A stretch of DNA of 63,887 nucleotides, counting the filler, from Olpidium bornovanus S191 (Eukaryota; Fungi; Olpidiomycota): assembly GCA_017911155.1 (NCBI GenBank). It is 32 parts of 32 records of this genome, joined end to end, with 100 filler letters (N's around TTAATTAATTAA, not from the genome) between each part and the next. Parts side by side here need not be neighbours in the genome. Positions count along the whole stretch, not along the records: positions 48,617 to 52,136 come from JAEFCI010007053.1; positions 52,237 to 53,408 come from JAEFCI010012962.1; positions 53,509 to 55,642 come from JAEFCI010010366.1; positions 55,743 to 56,898 come from JAEFCI010001499.1; positions 56,999 to 59,976 come from JAEFCI010000936.1; positions 60,077 to 61,507 come from JAEFCI010004921.1; 26 more parts are not named here. The stretch is one strand, 5' to 3'. Below the pieces are notes generated by a model that did no database searches, was not told the origin of the DNA, and was given only the letters and a program-made list of their open reading frames with translations. Position 1 is the first letter of the stretch; every line of letters begins with the position of its first letter. The position numbers and the translations under genes are program-made. Of this stretch, positions 48,780 through 60,195 are shown one piece after another.

Positions 48780-49640
48780 GTTCGGTGGAGCCTCCACCTG
48801 GCAAGCGGTCGTGGCCGGGACGGTGGGGCTGCAGCGTGTGTCGATGATGCCGCAGCACGTAGTACAGCTGCAGCCACTTCTGGTGAACTCGGCTCGTTCC
48901 ACCGCGCGGTATTCGCATCCCATGGCAGGTACAAATAATATTCCCAGCAGCAGGTTCCCAACAGGTGTCCCCGCGGCGCAGCGTGCACCTCCGGTAGAGT
49001 TCACTGCAACCTGGGCGGGATGCGCTGTGCGCAAATTCCAAACGGATATCATTCGTTAAACTCAGTCTGGGCTATTGCCGTGCGCAGACCAGAGTTCATC
49101 GTCGGCGACTCGGGGGCATCGGAATTTAATTAGGCTGGCGTGAATAAGAGTCCAGCGTGCGGAGGCGGGGAGTTGTAGTTGTCAAAAACGCTGTTCGTGA
49201 AGCAGGCACGTAACAGCGTTACAGCGTCGGGGTCTAAGCATCAGGTGACGCCCAGCAGTCAAATCCAATGTTGAGCTCTCCGTGCACATCTCTGAGGTTA
49301 GGCTGGGGTGTGGGATGGAGACCCAGACCCAACAGCCGAAGGATCGTTGTAGAGCGACGTTCGGGTAGATGCCCAAGAAGCGTTCCTGCGTGGAGCACAC
49401 CTCAAACGAGGAAAGGTGGAGGAGGCGTACCAATGCTGCAGAACGTAGGACCGCATGCCTCATGCTGACGGCGGTAAGCCGGAACGCATCAAGATGGCAG
49501 GAGCGATAGTCTGCATGTCCTTGATGAAGGATTTGGATTCGCCTTTGCACATGCTCATATTGCACCAAGGCGTGCTCGGTGCCTGCGGCCGGGCAGGCGT
49601 CGTCAAACGTTTCGGAGGGAATCTCGAGAGCATTTTTGTC
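48780..49640 (-). mobile_element. Frameshifted Ty1/copia integrase remnant resembling the Bianca lineage
   Basis: Across frames: SETFDDACPAAGTEH / GESKSFIKDMQTIAPAILMRSGLPPSA* / HAVLRSAALVRL...GIYPNVALQRSFGCWVWVSIP. Recalled Bianca-type consensus: FxDYC...NGLAESxIKRLQLIARxLLMRxxLPxSxWGHAxLHAAxLxR...PNISHLRxFGCAVYVPI. Confidence 0.65.
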
Positions 49641-49832
49641 AATCTAGAGTTCCTTTAATGAGGATCTCGGAGAAAACGGGCGTCGCGGTGACCGGGTCCT
49701 GTCCCGGCATCGCGCGGGCGGGGCCTGCGCCACCGAGCTCTTTCTTCGGCCTCGGGCAAACAAACTTGCGTCCGGCGGTTTTGCGGGAACGGAAGGCGCA
49801 AAAACGGCCGACTCCTCGGCCGCTGGGGCGCA

Positions 49833-52082
49833 ATGGCCCGGCCCGCCGACGCGGAGGCCCCCACGTGGGCGGCCCCGTTCGTGCACTACCAGTGCCCCTG
49901 CTGGCGCAGCGGCGCCTTTGGCGGCGGAAAGGCCGAGGAAGGCGCGGCCGGTCGCGGAGAAGACGCGGCCCGCAGCCCGGACGCGCCCGGGCCGCCCGCG
50001 GATCCCGCGGCCGCGGACGCGCCCCCCGGCGGCTCCGTTCGCCCGCTTCGGCCGCTCGCGGATCCGCTCTCCGGCCTTGCGGAATTCGCCTACCTTCCGC
50101 TGTCGAGGCTGTACTTCTGCGAGGAGTGCAACGAGCTGCGATGCCCGCGCTGTGTCCAAGAGGAGATCGTCTGCTACTATTGCCCAAACTGCTTGTTCGA
50201 AGTGCCGAGCGCGGCCGTGCGGGCAGAAAGAAACCGGTAGCGAGCGGATCGCACTGCCCTTTTTCTGCATCGTTCTCTGCGCGCGCGCGTTAGAACACCG
50301 TGTCCATTGGCACTGACGACAAAGGCGCCGACTCCGCTCGGCGTCACCCGCCCTCTGTGATGCTCAGTTGCACGAGGAACTGCTTCGAGTGCCCCGTATG
50401 CTGCAGCTCCATGCAGGTCGTCAGCGACGAACTTCCGACTGGAGCGCAGCCGGCGTTGATCACCGTGGCTCAGGGCCCGTACTACCTTGCCTGCCCGTGC
50501 TGTCGATGGCACTCCAAGGAGATCGGTCTCGAATTCGAGAAACCAAACTGGCTTTCCAGTGCGTTACAAAACCTTCCGTATCCTTGGGTGGCTTTGCGCA
50601 TGTTCTTCGATTCCGCCGTGCTGACCGGGCCTCGTTGCTCGGGGGGTCGCAGGCGTGGTCCAAAAACTCGAGGAGAGCAAGCCTGACTTCGTGGAGTTTG
50701 AGAAGTTGTCGCAGCATTACTCCGCCCACCTGAAGTCGCTCGCGCCGCTTACCAAAGCGCCGCCACATTACGTTTCTTCCTTCGCTGGATCTCCTTCTAG
50801 CCGTCACGTCTCTCCCTACTTGCAGCAGTATTATCAGCGGACTGCGCTCGGAAAGCAGCAGCCGGATCTTCCGCGTTATGAGCCAGTGACGACGACTGGG
50901 ACGGAAGATGTCGATGAGGAACTGTTGTCGGAGATTATGTCCGAAATTGACGTGACCAAGGGTGCGTCCATTGTTTTGCTGTTGCCCTTTCCGCATTTGC
51001 TGGGGTTTTCGCATCCACACCTCGTCGCGTTCCAGGCTACCCTCTAACGCCGGTGCGACTTCTCGTTCCTGCTTTCAGTGTCAACACTCGCTCAACGAAT
51101 GCGGCAGATGGATGACCAGCATAACAGGGTCAGGTGCGAACAGGTGACGGCTTCCATTGTGCGACGTTGGCAGCGACGAGATTGACGGCATCACTGCAAC
51201 AGTAAGATTCGACCTCGGCGGATTCATCTCCGAAAGAAAACGTCCAAGCGGTGCCGATCGTGCCGGCATCTCATTGTGAAACCGGAAGCGAAGGGCCAAT
51301 CCACGAGATTCCGAATAAAAATGGTGGCGCTGTACGCAACCCGGGCACCTGATTTTATCGTTCCCACCGCGGCCTTCAGCAACTGTCCGACTCACTTTTT
51401 GTGCTACAGGGACTACGTACCGACCGTCACGCTTTCGGGCCTCCCCGAAACCATCGCTCCGGGGAACCCGTTTACGGTAGTGCTGACGTTCACCAATCCG
51501 CTCTACCAGTCGATCAACGTCCGACTTTCACTCCCATCTGTTGCGTCTCCCGGCACTGTCTCCGAAGGGAAGGATGACGTGACGCTCGTGGCGCCCGAGT
51601 TCTCGGTTGCGCCCTACAGTGACGTGTGGGTGTACGAGCAGTTCCGTGACGCGGGAACGAGCAGCTTGGGGGACGTCGAGGAGGAGTCCGCTCTTCGACA
51701 ACGTGCGTCCGAGCACGCAGCGGAGGGCATTGTGGCGAGGAAAGGGAACGCGACGTCAGTGCTCGTCAAAGTCATTCCCCGGCGCAAGTCTTCCGCACGA
51801 GGCGTTGTGGTAAGGGCGGGCAGGTATCATGCATTTGTTTGTGCGCCGAGTGCTGACGGGGTCGCCTGCCCCTCTCCGGCTATCCGGTTGTAGTTTCCGC
51901 TGCTGGTGAGTTACACGTACGATCCCGACGAGAAGAGCGGGTCGCCCACCGGCAAGATAGGCGGCACCGCAGATGGGATGGATAGTTTGCCGGCCGCAAC
52001 GACGGAGCGGAAGTTGCCTCGTCGATCAAGGTCGCACGCTTTTTGCGTCAGCATCGGGATTGGCCACAAAATAGAGGACTGA
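49833..52082 (+). CDS. DCTN4: Dynactin subunit 4 (p62), apparently complete, multi-exon
   Basis: PLSRLYFCEECNELRCPRCVQEEIVCYYCPNCLFEVPS; CTRNCFECPVC; PYYLACPCCRWHSKEIGLEFEKP; SKRCRSCRHLIVKPE...RFRIK; VVLTFTNPLYQSINV; FPLLVSYTY. Stop at 52080-52082. Confidence 0.94.
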
Positions 52083-52237
52083 TCACACGTCGAAGCCATC
52101 ACGCAGACCTCACAATTGTTCGGACATTGCGGCGGGNNNNNNNNNNNNNNNNNNNNNNNNNNNNNNNNNNNNNNNNNNNNTTAATTAATTAANNNNNNNN
52201 NNNNNNNNNNNNNNNNNNNNNNNNNNNNNNNNNNNNA

Positions 52238-53030
52238 ATTTTTCGCACTTTGTTTGAAACCATAAAGGCATTGAAGAAAGAGAAACAAATGAAGTTGGGA
52301 TGATTCGGGTTGACAGAGCCTTTGGCAAAAACGGCGTGATCGATGGGAGCATTGAGGTAGGCAACCGGAATATCCGTTTGGTGCACCTCCCAGTCACCCG
52401 TGGCAACGATGGCGAGAACAATCCTAATTGTCATGTTGGAGGCGACGGGCGCGTACATGACGTCGAAATCAACCCTCTCGCTGGGAAAAACCACGTGCGA
52501 CCCATCGTACCCGATAGTTTTTGACTGATATTTTTTCGTTTAATGACCCATTTAGTACTGACAATGTCAGTATCTGGCAGCGGAAGAACCAGAACGTAGA
52601 CACCCATGTCGTTCATGTTCTGGTGCTTCTTGAGGGCGGCCGCCTGCCAGTGTGAAGCTTCTGGTGATTGCATTGACTCTTGGAAGGTCTGGTTCCAGTA
52701 GATATGTTGGGAGGACCAAAGCAGTAGTGGTGCCGTTGGGATGGCAGTGCGTTGTCACCAGCAATACTTACGTAATTCGGCGTCACAGCGCAGCGCTGGC
52801 AGGTCGCTAACAGCCAACCGTTTGGGACAGCGCCGCGCACGCGCCTGGCTGGGGGGCGCCTTCGAGCCCGCCCGTTGGCGTGGCGTATAGTGCAGGGTTA
52901 ATGCCGACAACGACTCTCCTTGTACATAACGCGCGCGTCGATAATGCGCCGTCGTCTCGGAACCCGGCGAAAAGTGTTCTACTCGAAATTGATGCAAATG
53001 CATGACCCTGCAGAATCAGCAGAACCAACA
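52238..53030 (-). mobile_element. Degenerate Ty1/copia pol (integrase tail to RVT_2 reverse transcriptase)
   Basis: SPEASHWQAAALKKHQNMNDMGVYVLVLPLPDTDIVSTKWVIKRK and DFDVMYAPVASNMTIRIVLAIVATGDWEVHQTDIPVAYLNAPID are copia RT N-terminal motifs, frameshifted. Confidence 0.85.
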
Positions 53031-53228
53031 GAACATCACAGCCTCAGTCGCTGCGCTTGTACCGCGACAGGATCCGGTCGGCCCAGCGACGATGGGTCTA
53101 GCCAACATCACCGCACCCGCGTTGCCCTTGTGGTTTTCTTTTTTCGGGCTCTGTTATCGGTTGGGCGGGGACCCGGGACGTTCTTTTACGCCACGAAGGG
53201 GAGGCAGCCGACCCTGGAGAAGGCCAGC

Positions 53229-53306
53229 GGGCCCGTAATGCACCAGCGGCGGGGCGGCAAACGGGGCCCGTAATGCACCAGCGGCGGGGCGGCAAACGGG
53301 GCCCGT
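53229..53306. repeat. Exact 35-bp tandem duplication
   Basis: GGGCCCGTAATGCACCAGCGGCGGGGCGGCAAACG at 53229 and 53264, with a partial third copy. Confidence 0.85.
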
Positions 53307-53355
53307 GTCTGGCGCCGCCGGGGAGCAGCGTTGGGCGGGAGACCCAACCCCGGGC

Positions 53356-53395
<40 letters not shown>

Positions 53396-53584
53396 GCCAC
53401 CTCCGCACNNNNNNNNNNNNNNNNNNNNNNNNNNNNNNNNNNNNNNNNNNNNTTAATTAATTAANNNNNNNNNNNNNNNNNNNNNNNNNNNNNNNNNNNN
53501 NNNNNNNNCCAAAAAAAAAAAACGCCCCGAAGAGAATACGGGTTTTTTAAAGATCGCCGCGGCGTGTGTGACCGTGCGCCGCCG

Positions 53585-55642
53585 TCACGCCTGCGTCATC
53601 CTCTCCATGACGCGAACCAGCTCCTCGGGCGACTGGACGTGCCAGCTGGCCAGGGTCATCTTTTTGGAAGGCCCGATAGTGCAAGTATACACATGCGGCG
53701 GCTGCTTGTCGGGTCCTCCCTCGACCGGCGACCCGGAACAGTTGGCCATCTTTCCTACGGCAGAGTTGGGGGGCGTGGCCCCCACGCTGATGTGCCGCAG
53801 CACCCGGAACATGTCCTCGTCCGTTTTGTCATCTCCCGCGCAAAACACGAACTCGGTGTCTGGGTACTGCGCCAGCAGCCGCTTGACGATCTCACCCTTG
53901 TTGATGCTCACAGGCCGCACCTCGAGGTTCTTCTTGCCCACCAGAATCTCCACGGGCAGCTTCGAAAGCACAGCATTCTCTAGGTGATTTTGGCACTCCT
54001 TCGCCTGGAAGGACCTAGGAGCATGGAATGTTTCGACCACGAAATGAGCACGTTCCATGGATCAGGTGCGCCGCTTCTACGCTCCGGTTAGCCTGACTCA
54101 CCCATACTCCGGATCAGCCAGCCGGTAATGCCAGGTGAGCGAGCAGCGCTTGTGCTCGATGAAGCTTCCTTGAGTTCTCTCAGTATAGTATGTAAATATC
54201 TCAATAACATCGTTCTTCCAGCTGAGGTCAACCGTCTCGCTCAGATTGATCCACTCCCTGCCTGTACCGGGGTACTGGACAAAGCAACCATGCTCGGCTG
54301 ACAAACCCAGGTTTGGAACCGCCCCCAGCCACTCGTCCAGAGCGGCCTGGTCACGCCCAGAAATGACGAAGACTATGTTGCGTGGGTCTTGAGCCAGTTT
54401 CTTGAGCGCCGCCAGCATGTTTTCGGGAGGAACAGCAGCTTTCGGGAGCTTGCGGATTGGGGTAAGGGTGCCCTGAAGAGAAATAACATTCCGTTGGAAC
54501 CGACGTGAACCGCAGTACAGCCGCACAACATGCCTGCAGGTACTTACATCGTAATCGAACATGAGCAGCCGCTTTTTTGCAGGCTGGTATTTCTGGCACA
54601 TCTCATTGGCGTTTAGTCTCGGGGTGGTGTTGCTCTTGTCCGGCAGGTTAAGGCATGCCCGTGCCTCCTTGACGAAGCGGCGTGCCCAGTACTGAGCCGT
54701 GAACTGCGCCACGTGGCTGTACAGTTGCTGCGAAAAGCAAAAACGTGTCCGCGTCAGTAAAGACTGTCTTCACAAACCCCCTCTGAACATTAAAACACGG
54801 AGTTCATTTCCACCGCACCTTTTGCCTAGTCTCTTTCTCTTCTGGGCTCATGACGAGCGCCTCCTCAATCATGTCGGCGACTCCAACGTAGTCCCAGGGG
54901 TTGACCTGCAGTGAACTGCTCAAGCTTCCAGCCGTCCCCGTGAACTCGCTGAGGATCAACGGGCCCTTGTTCTCTTGTTGACAGACCTGAACTCGTACAA
55001 AAAGCACAAAGGGCACAGATCAAAAAAAAGCCCAAGAAAAACGAAGCTGTATAATTCGGGGGATCAAATGAAGCATTCCAAGTTTCAACGCACAACGAAC
55101 TCGTGGGACGTCGTGTTCATCCCGTCGCGGACAGACGTGATGAGGCCGATATCGGCGACGGAAAGCAACGCGTAGTATTCGTCCCTGTCGATGTGCTGGA
55201 AGCAACGGAGAAAAAGAGTTATTCAAAAGAGAGCGCCAAACAGCACAGGATCGCGGACTACCCCCGAATCCCGCGTTTTCGTCCTACCTGGTGGTAGTGA
55301 TGGACTGGTGCAAACTCCAGCGAGCCGTAGGTACCATTGATGCGCGACACAAGCTCAGACACCTTCGTCTCAAGCTTGGGCGTGTCGCGCTGAGGCGGCG
55401 AGGTGACCTGGATGAGGACGACGCGGCCGCGCCACTCGGGGTACTCTTGCAGGAACTTTTCAAACGCCAGCAGCTTTTGCCGCACACCCTTGGTCTGGTC
55501 TAACTTGTCCCGGCCAATGATGATCATCTTGTCCGCGTACATCTCGCGGATGGCCGCGATCTTCTCCTTCACCACTTTGCTCTTCCGGCGCTCTTCCACG
55601 TGGCCCACGTCGATGCCAATGGGGAATATCCCGATCATGACC
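53585..55642 (-). CDS. TPS2: Trehalose-6-phosphate phosphatase (GT20-like domain + HAD domain), 3' part
   Basis: FPIGID, GRDKLDQTKG, RDGMNTTSHEFV, LILSEFTGTA, VNPWD; HAD motif LMFDYD|GTLTPI; VISGRD; SAEHG; WHYRLADP; EVRP..NKG; GDDKTDEDMF. Stop at 53585. Confidence 0.95.
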
Positions 55643-55742
55643 NNNNNNNNNNNNNNNNNNNNNNNNNNNNNNNNNNNNNNNNNNNNTTAATTAATTAANN
55701 NNNNNNNNNNNNNNNNNNNNNNNNNNNNNNNNNNNNNNNNNN

Positions 55743-56898
55743 CATGGATTTCCTCACCCTCTAGGCGAAGAGAGGCCCATTGTGTTGGGTATCGACCGCG
55801 AACTACGCCATAAACCCCCACACACGTAAAATAAACCCTCAGAAAGAAATACAATGGAACGGTTCACAAGAGGTTATGAGCCCAACCCAGGTGTGACGGT
55901 GACGACCAGAACCATCGTCACAGCCCCCCTGTCCCCGTCCCTTTGAACCATTTTTTCTTCCAACCCCGTTCCAGTCAGCGAAGAGGCGATGCCCACGGAG
56001 AGAAGTCCAGTAAGACCGGAGTCCCGTGTCAGAAAGAGCGGCGGTGCCGCAGAAAACCTTGTAAAGATCGAAGGGATGTGTTTTCCTGTCGAGGACATAC
56101 CTCAAGGAGTAACAACCAGGAACCAGGGCAGGAGAGTCCTCCAGGATGAGAAAAGAACGGAAGGTATGGGGGAAGAGAGACTGCTTGAACGCGCCTTGAC
56201 GGCGGTAGCGCAGGAAACGGAGGACATGTCAAGTTTGAAGAAAAGGCTGCTTGCCATGGAGCGCAAAACCGTGGCACGCGAGTCAGAACAAGAGCGCGCA
56301 GCAGAACGGGAACTCGCAGCAGCAGCAGTCCGCGAGAAGCAAACCAACGCCACGTTGGAAGCAATTCTTTAACGCCTGGAAGCTCTGGACGCAAAAGCGG
56401 AAGCTTCTCATGGGGAGGAGGAGGAAGACGCCGCGGAGGCCGCGGTTGTGCATGGTGGTGGCAACGCCGTGGTGCATGCCGGTGACGCCCCTGACGACTC
56501 TGCAGAGCCGCACACAGTTGACGCAGCTGCGGGGCGTGCAGCCACGAGCAGTGGCTCGGCGGTGGCCAGCACAGCCGCTACTGACAACCTCGGACCGAGC
56601 GTTTCCTCCCCCGGAACCATAGATAATATTTCCTACAGCATGGTTAAGCCACTGCTCAACGACGTTCCGCGCTATGACGGCACGGGAAGTCCTGCCGTGT
56701 TGGAAACCTTCATCGAGAAGTTCAATGCCTATGACCTGATGAGCACAGGGATCGTTTCCGATCAGCTCAAAGTACTACATGCAGCTGCGAAGCTCGACAA
56801 GTCGTCCGCGTCATTCTACCACGCAAATCAGCGGCAACACCCTGCGGGGACTGTTGGTCACTGGAATTCTTGGAGCGACATCCGTAATGCGCTTCAAA
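55743..56898 (+). mobile_element. LTR retrotransposon 5' end: LTR remnant, half-tRNA PBS, gag (one stop/frameshift)
   Basis: GGTTATGAGCCCA at 55872-55884. Coiled-coil ORF 55989-56372, then VKPLLNDVPRYDGTGSPAVLETFIEKFNAY...KVLHAAAKLDKSSASFY...WNSWSDIRNAL, a capsid-like domain. Confidence 0.75.
55872..55884 (+). other. Primer-binding site complementary to the initiator tRNA-Met anticodon stem-loop
   Basis: GGTTATGAGCCCA is the reverse complement of UGGGCUCAUAACC. It is the Ty5/Drosophila copia-type half-tRNA PBS. Confidence 0.75.
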
Positions 56899-57375
56899 NN
56901 NNNNNNNNNNNNNNNNNNNNNNNNNNNNNNNNNNNNNNNNNNTTAATTAATTAANNNNNNNNNNNNNNNNNNNNNNNNNNNNNNNNNNNNNNNNNNNNTT
57001 GCCAACAAGCACAACGGCTCGCAGGCGCCTCCCTTTGAGTTCTTTGTCCCGGCCGTTTCTTTCGGCGGCAGCGAAAAAGAGACACGCAGACAAGAGCGGC
57101 GGCGTGCCAAACAACATGTCACCGATTTCACCACCACAACCCAGCAGAGGCGTCGCAAATATTACATTATTGAGGACGGCGCTGGGTGAGATTTGTTTAC
57201 TTGTTTGCAGCGAACGTGAAGCTGTGCGTATGAAATTACAATGATAACATTCATCTTCGGGAATTGAACCAGGGTCCGTCAAGCTCGGGGAAGCAGGGGT
57301 GCTCTGGGGGCGCGGCTGGTTACAGATAAACGCGATTCTTTTCTTTTTTCTTCTAAACTTCCCCTTTAAGTGTCA

Positions 57376-59230
57376 TCACCGGCGCTTTCGACCCGATTGT
57401 CCTGTCGTCGTCGTCGTCCGCCTATTGTCTATCTCGACGTCGCTTTCTTGGCCGTCTCGCATCCGTTTCACGTAAGGTATCGGAATCGGCCCGCGCGCAA
57501 ACACCAGTTTTGCGCCTCGCTCGCCCTTGTAGCGGTCCAGCGTAGCGTACACAACCCAGAGGTACGGTCCAATTGCCGAGGAGAAGTGGAACCACGCGTG
57601 GAACTGCAGTGGTTCGAACCAGGACGGGGGGGCGATGTCGCCGGAACGGATGCAGATAAGGTGCTCGGGAACCCAGCTATCACGAAGTGGGAGGGGGGAT
57701 GGGCAAAAATGAAATTGTCGACGGAAGGACCGGGACAATTGTTCAATGCGGTTGCCGTTGGAAAAAAAATTAAGAACCCCAAGAGATTCAAGAAATAAAA
57801 AAAAAAATTAAAAAAGAGAATCGAAAAAATCAAAAAGAAAAATAAAAAGTCAAAAAGGTCAACAAATACAAAAACAACCCGAATAATCAAAAAATGATGT
57901 CCAAAAAATCAATAAAATCGAAACATCAAAAAATCAAAATAATTAACAGAAATCAAAATTAAGCAAAAAAAATCGAAGGAAACCAAAGTCTCACAATATA
58001 AAGAACCCCAGACCGAAAACGACGCCGGCGACGGCTGCCAGGTGCCTGGACGCGCTGTCCTCGGCGGAGCGGGCCTCGTTCGCGCTCCGTATCACAAGGG
58101 CGGCGACGAGGACGATGTAGGTGACCAGGAAAGCGTGGAAGTAGGCGGTGCCGCTCAAGGCGAAATAAGCGCATGTGAAGCATGCGGCATAAGTGGCCAG
58201 CAGGACTGCCGTGCGGGGCGAGCCCCGCATGTGGACGAACATGCAGCACAGCACGCAGTATATCATGCTGAGCTCGTCCAACGTCTGACCCCACGTAAGC
58301 AGCGTCCCGTGGTAGCATGCCGACCCCAGGCCAACGAGGAAGTATGCGAGGTAGCACACGGTGAACCGTCGCTCCAGATTTTGCCTGGACAAAAAAGAAA
58401 ATAATAAATTCGCGCACGGTTCTACGACACCCGTCCTCCCACCCCAACCCCCATCCCTCCTGAATCATGCCGGGACCGATGGTTCGCGACAGCGACGTTC
58501 GTTGTCGTTGGAAAAACGGCGCGTTCAGCGGGCAAAACCGAAGGAAGATCTGGCCAAGGGAGCTTTGTTTGCTTCTACTCTCCTCATACTTACGCGCGGC
58601 ATTGGTAAAGACCAAAAAGAGCCACCCCGGCAATTGGAAGAGACGACAGCGTGTTCCAAAACTCGGCCACGTAGTGCGTGATCTGGTAATTCTTTTCGCA
58701 CCTGGGACACCGAAGCGGGAAAAATGGGAATTTAAGCCGTGAAACGGAGAGGTGTTTTTATTTTTTTCCCGGTCCTCTTGGCCTTAAGCTCCTGCGCCAT
58801 TCCGCGTTTGTTTGACGCACCAGTCGGGATAGCCTGTTGAAGCATTTTTTTTTCAAACGCGCGAGGGCGGAGGGAACGGGGCCCAAAAGGGGCCGGAAGA
58901 TCGAACATAAAAAACGCAGTCCGTCGAAGGCTATCAAGAAGACGGCCGCGACAACATGCCGAAGAAAAAAAGTAATTTGGCTGCTCGGCCAGTTTCAAGA
59001 TCATCTCCGTGTTCTTAAAAGGCTCTCACTGCGACCAACAACTCTCCCGAACGGATTTGAATGCCGGCCGGGTGGAGCCAGTACCGAGCCGAGGGGGTGG
59101 GGGTTGGGGAGTGGGGGATTGGGGCGGAAAGGTAAATGGGGCGGGCGCACACTTGAACGCAGTCACCTGTCGGTCGGCCCCAGAACCCGTGTCGCAGGAG
59201 CTGTGCGGGCGGCAGTTCGCCGGCCAGCAT
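57376..59230 (-). CDS. Alkaline ceramidase (ACER3/YPC1-like, CREST superfamily), complete, multi-exon
   Basis: MLAGELP...HGFWGRPT|GYPDW|CEKNYQITHYVAEFWNTLSSL...|VGLGSACYHGTLLTWGQTLDELSMIY...|WVPEHLIC...LQFHAWFH, carrying the SxxYH, D and HxxxH zinc ligands. Confidence 0.92.
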
Positions 59231-60077
59231 TTTCTTTTTTCTTTTCGTTTTTGTTTTTGTTTTTGTTTTTTTGTTCTGTTTTCTTTTTTCTTGTTCTCGT
59301 TTCTCCGTCGCGGCCGGACTGAGGCGCGGTCGGCGCGGGACGACGCGGACAGTCGGCCCCCACTCCCCACCCCTTCACCCCCTCCGGCCGGATGGGGAAG
59401 GAGAAAGGCGGGAGGAGGTGAGTGACTGGCGGAGGGCGGGAAAGGCCGGGGAGGAGGAGGGGAAGGGGCATGGAAAGAGGGGGAGGAGGAGGAGACGGGC
59501 CGAAATTAGGCTGCTTGCGGTGATTCCGACGCCGGCCTTCGTTTTTTTTTTCCTTTCTGTCTTTCTTTTTTTTTGACTCTCGCGCTCCCTCCCCGTGCTC
59601 TCTCGGGACCGACCGCGCTTTTCCGCTCCAGCCTTCCGCTCCTTGTCCTCCAGCCCGCCCGCGCGCCCCCCGCCGCCGCAGACGAGAAGGAAAAAAAGAA
59701 CATCGCGGACACGTCTCCCCACCCCTTCCCACTGCCCGCGCGCAAATGTCGGTTTGTGATTTGGCTACGACCCGGGCAGTGCGGGGGAAGCAAGCTGCGT
59801 TATGGCCAATTTGGCTTGCGAGCCAAAGGGATATTTTGCGGAGCAGGTCCACACCCATGTCGCAGGGAAGAATAGGAAGGGCCGGGGTTAGTTAAGAGGA
59901 GAGGCGGGCTGCAGGAGCGAGGGAGGAGGCAGGGTGGACGAGACGGCTTCCGACTGGTAACTGGCCGCCGGGAAAANNNNNNNNNNNNNNNNNNNNNNNN
60001 NNNNNNNNNNNNNNNNNNNNTTAATTAATTAANNNNNNNNNNNNNNNNNNNNNNNNNNNNNNNNNNNNNNNNNNNNG

Positions 60078-60170
60078 TACGTCAACCTGGCGAAGTCATC
60101 CTTCGGCAAAATGTCCGTCGAGTTCCTTGGACATATCTTTGACAAGACGGGAATCCGAGTAAAAGACGAC
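60078..60170 (+). mobile_element. Ty3/gypsy reverse transcriptase C-terminal fragment
   Basis: YVNLAKSSFGKMSVEFLGHIFDKTGIR matches the gypsy consensus LxxNxxKCxF....VxFLGHxIS..GI. Confidence 0.8.
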
Positions 60171-60195
60171 TATAGACTCACTGGAGAGAGAGCCA

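Noticed and set aside
50578-50586. GTATCCTTG as a U12-type 5' splice site in DCTN4
   Set aside because: The DCTN4 frame is restored by an upstream GTGCGT donor and a CGCAG acceptor (U2-type). The motif lies inside that intron and has no TCCTTAAC branch site.
42297-53030. Apparent clustering of splicing, signalling and transposon genes as an operon-like system
   Set aside because: The genes are on separate contigs joined artificially, so neighbourhood across linkers carries no information.
1182-53400. Very long poly-A/T/G/C runs and the poly-K/F/G/P ORFs they generate
   Set aside because: They are concentrated at contig ends and GC-rich UTRs, typical of sequencing or assembly homopolymer artefacts. 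The ORFs have no family motifs.
57255-57290. tRNA-like B-box (GGTTCAATTCC, minus strand)
   Set aside because: The T-stem pairs poorly and there is no recognisable acceptor, D or anticodon arm. At most a decayed SINE or tRNA fragment.
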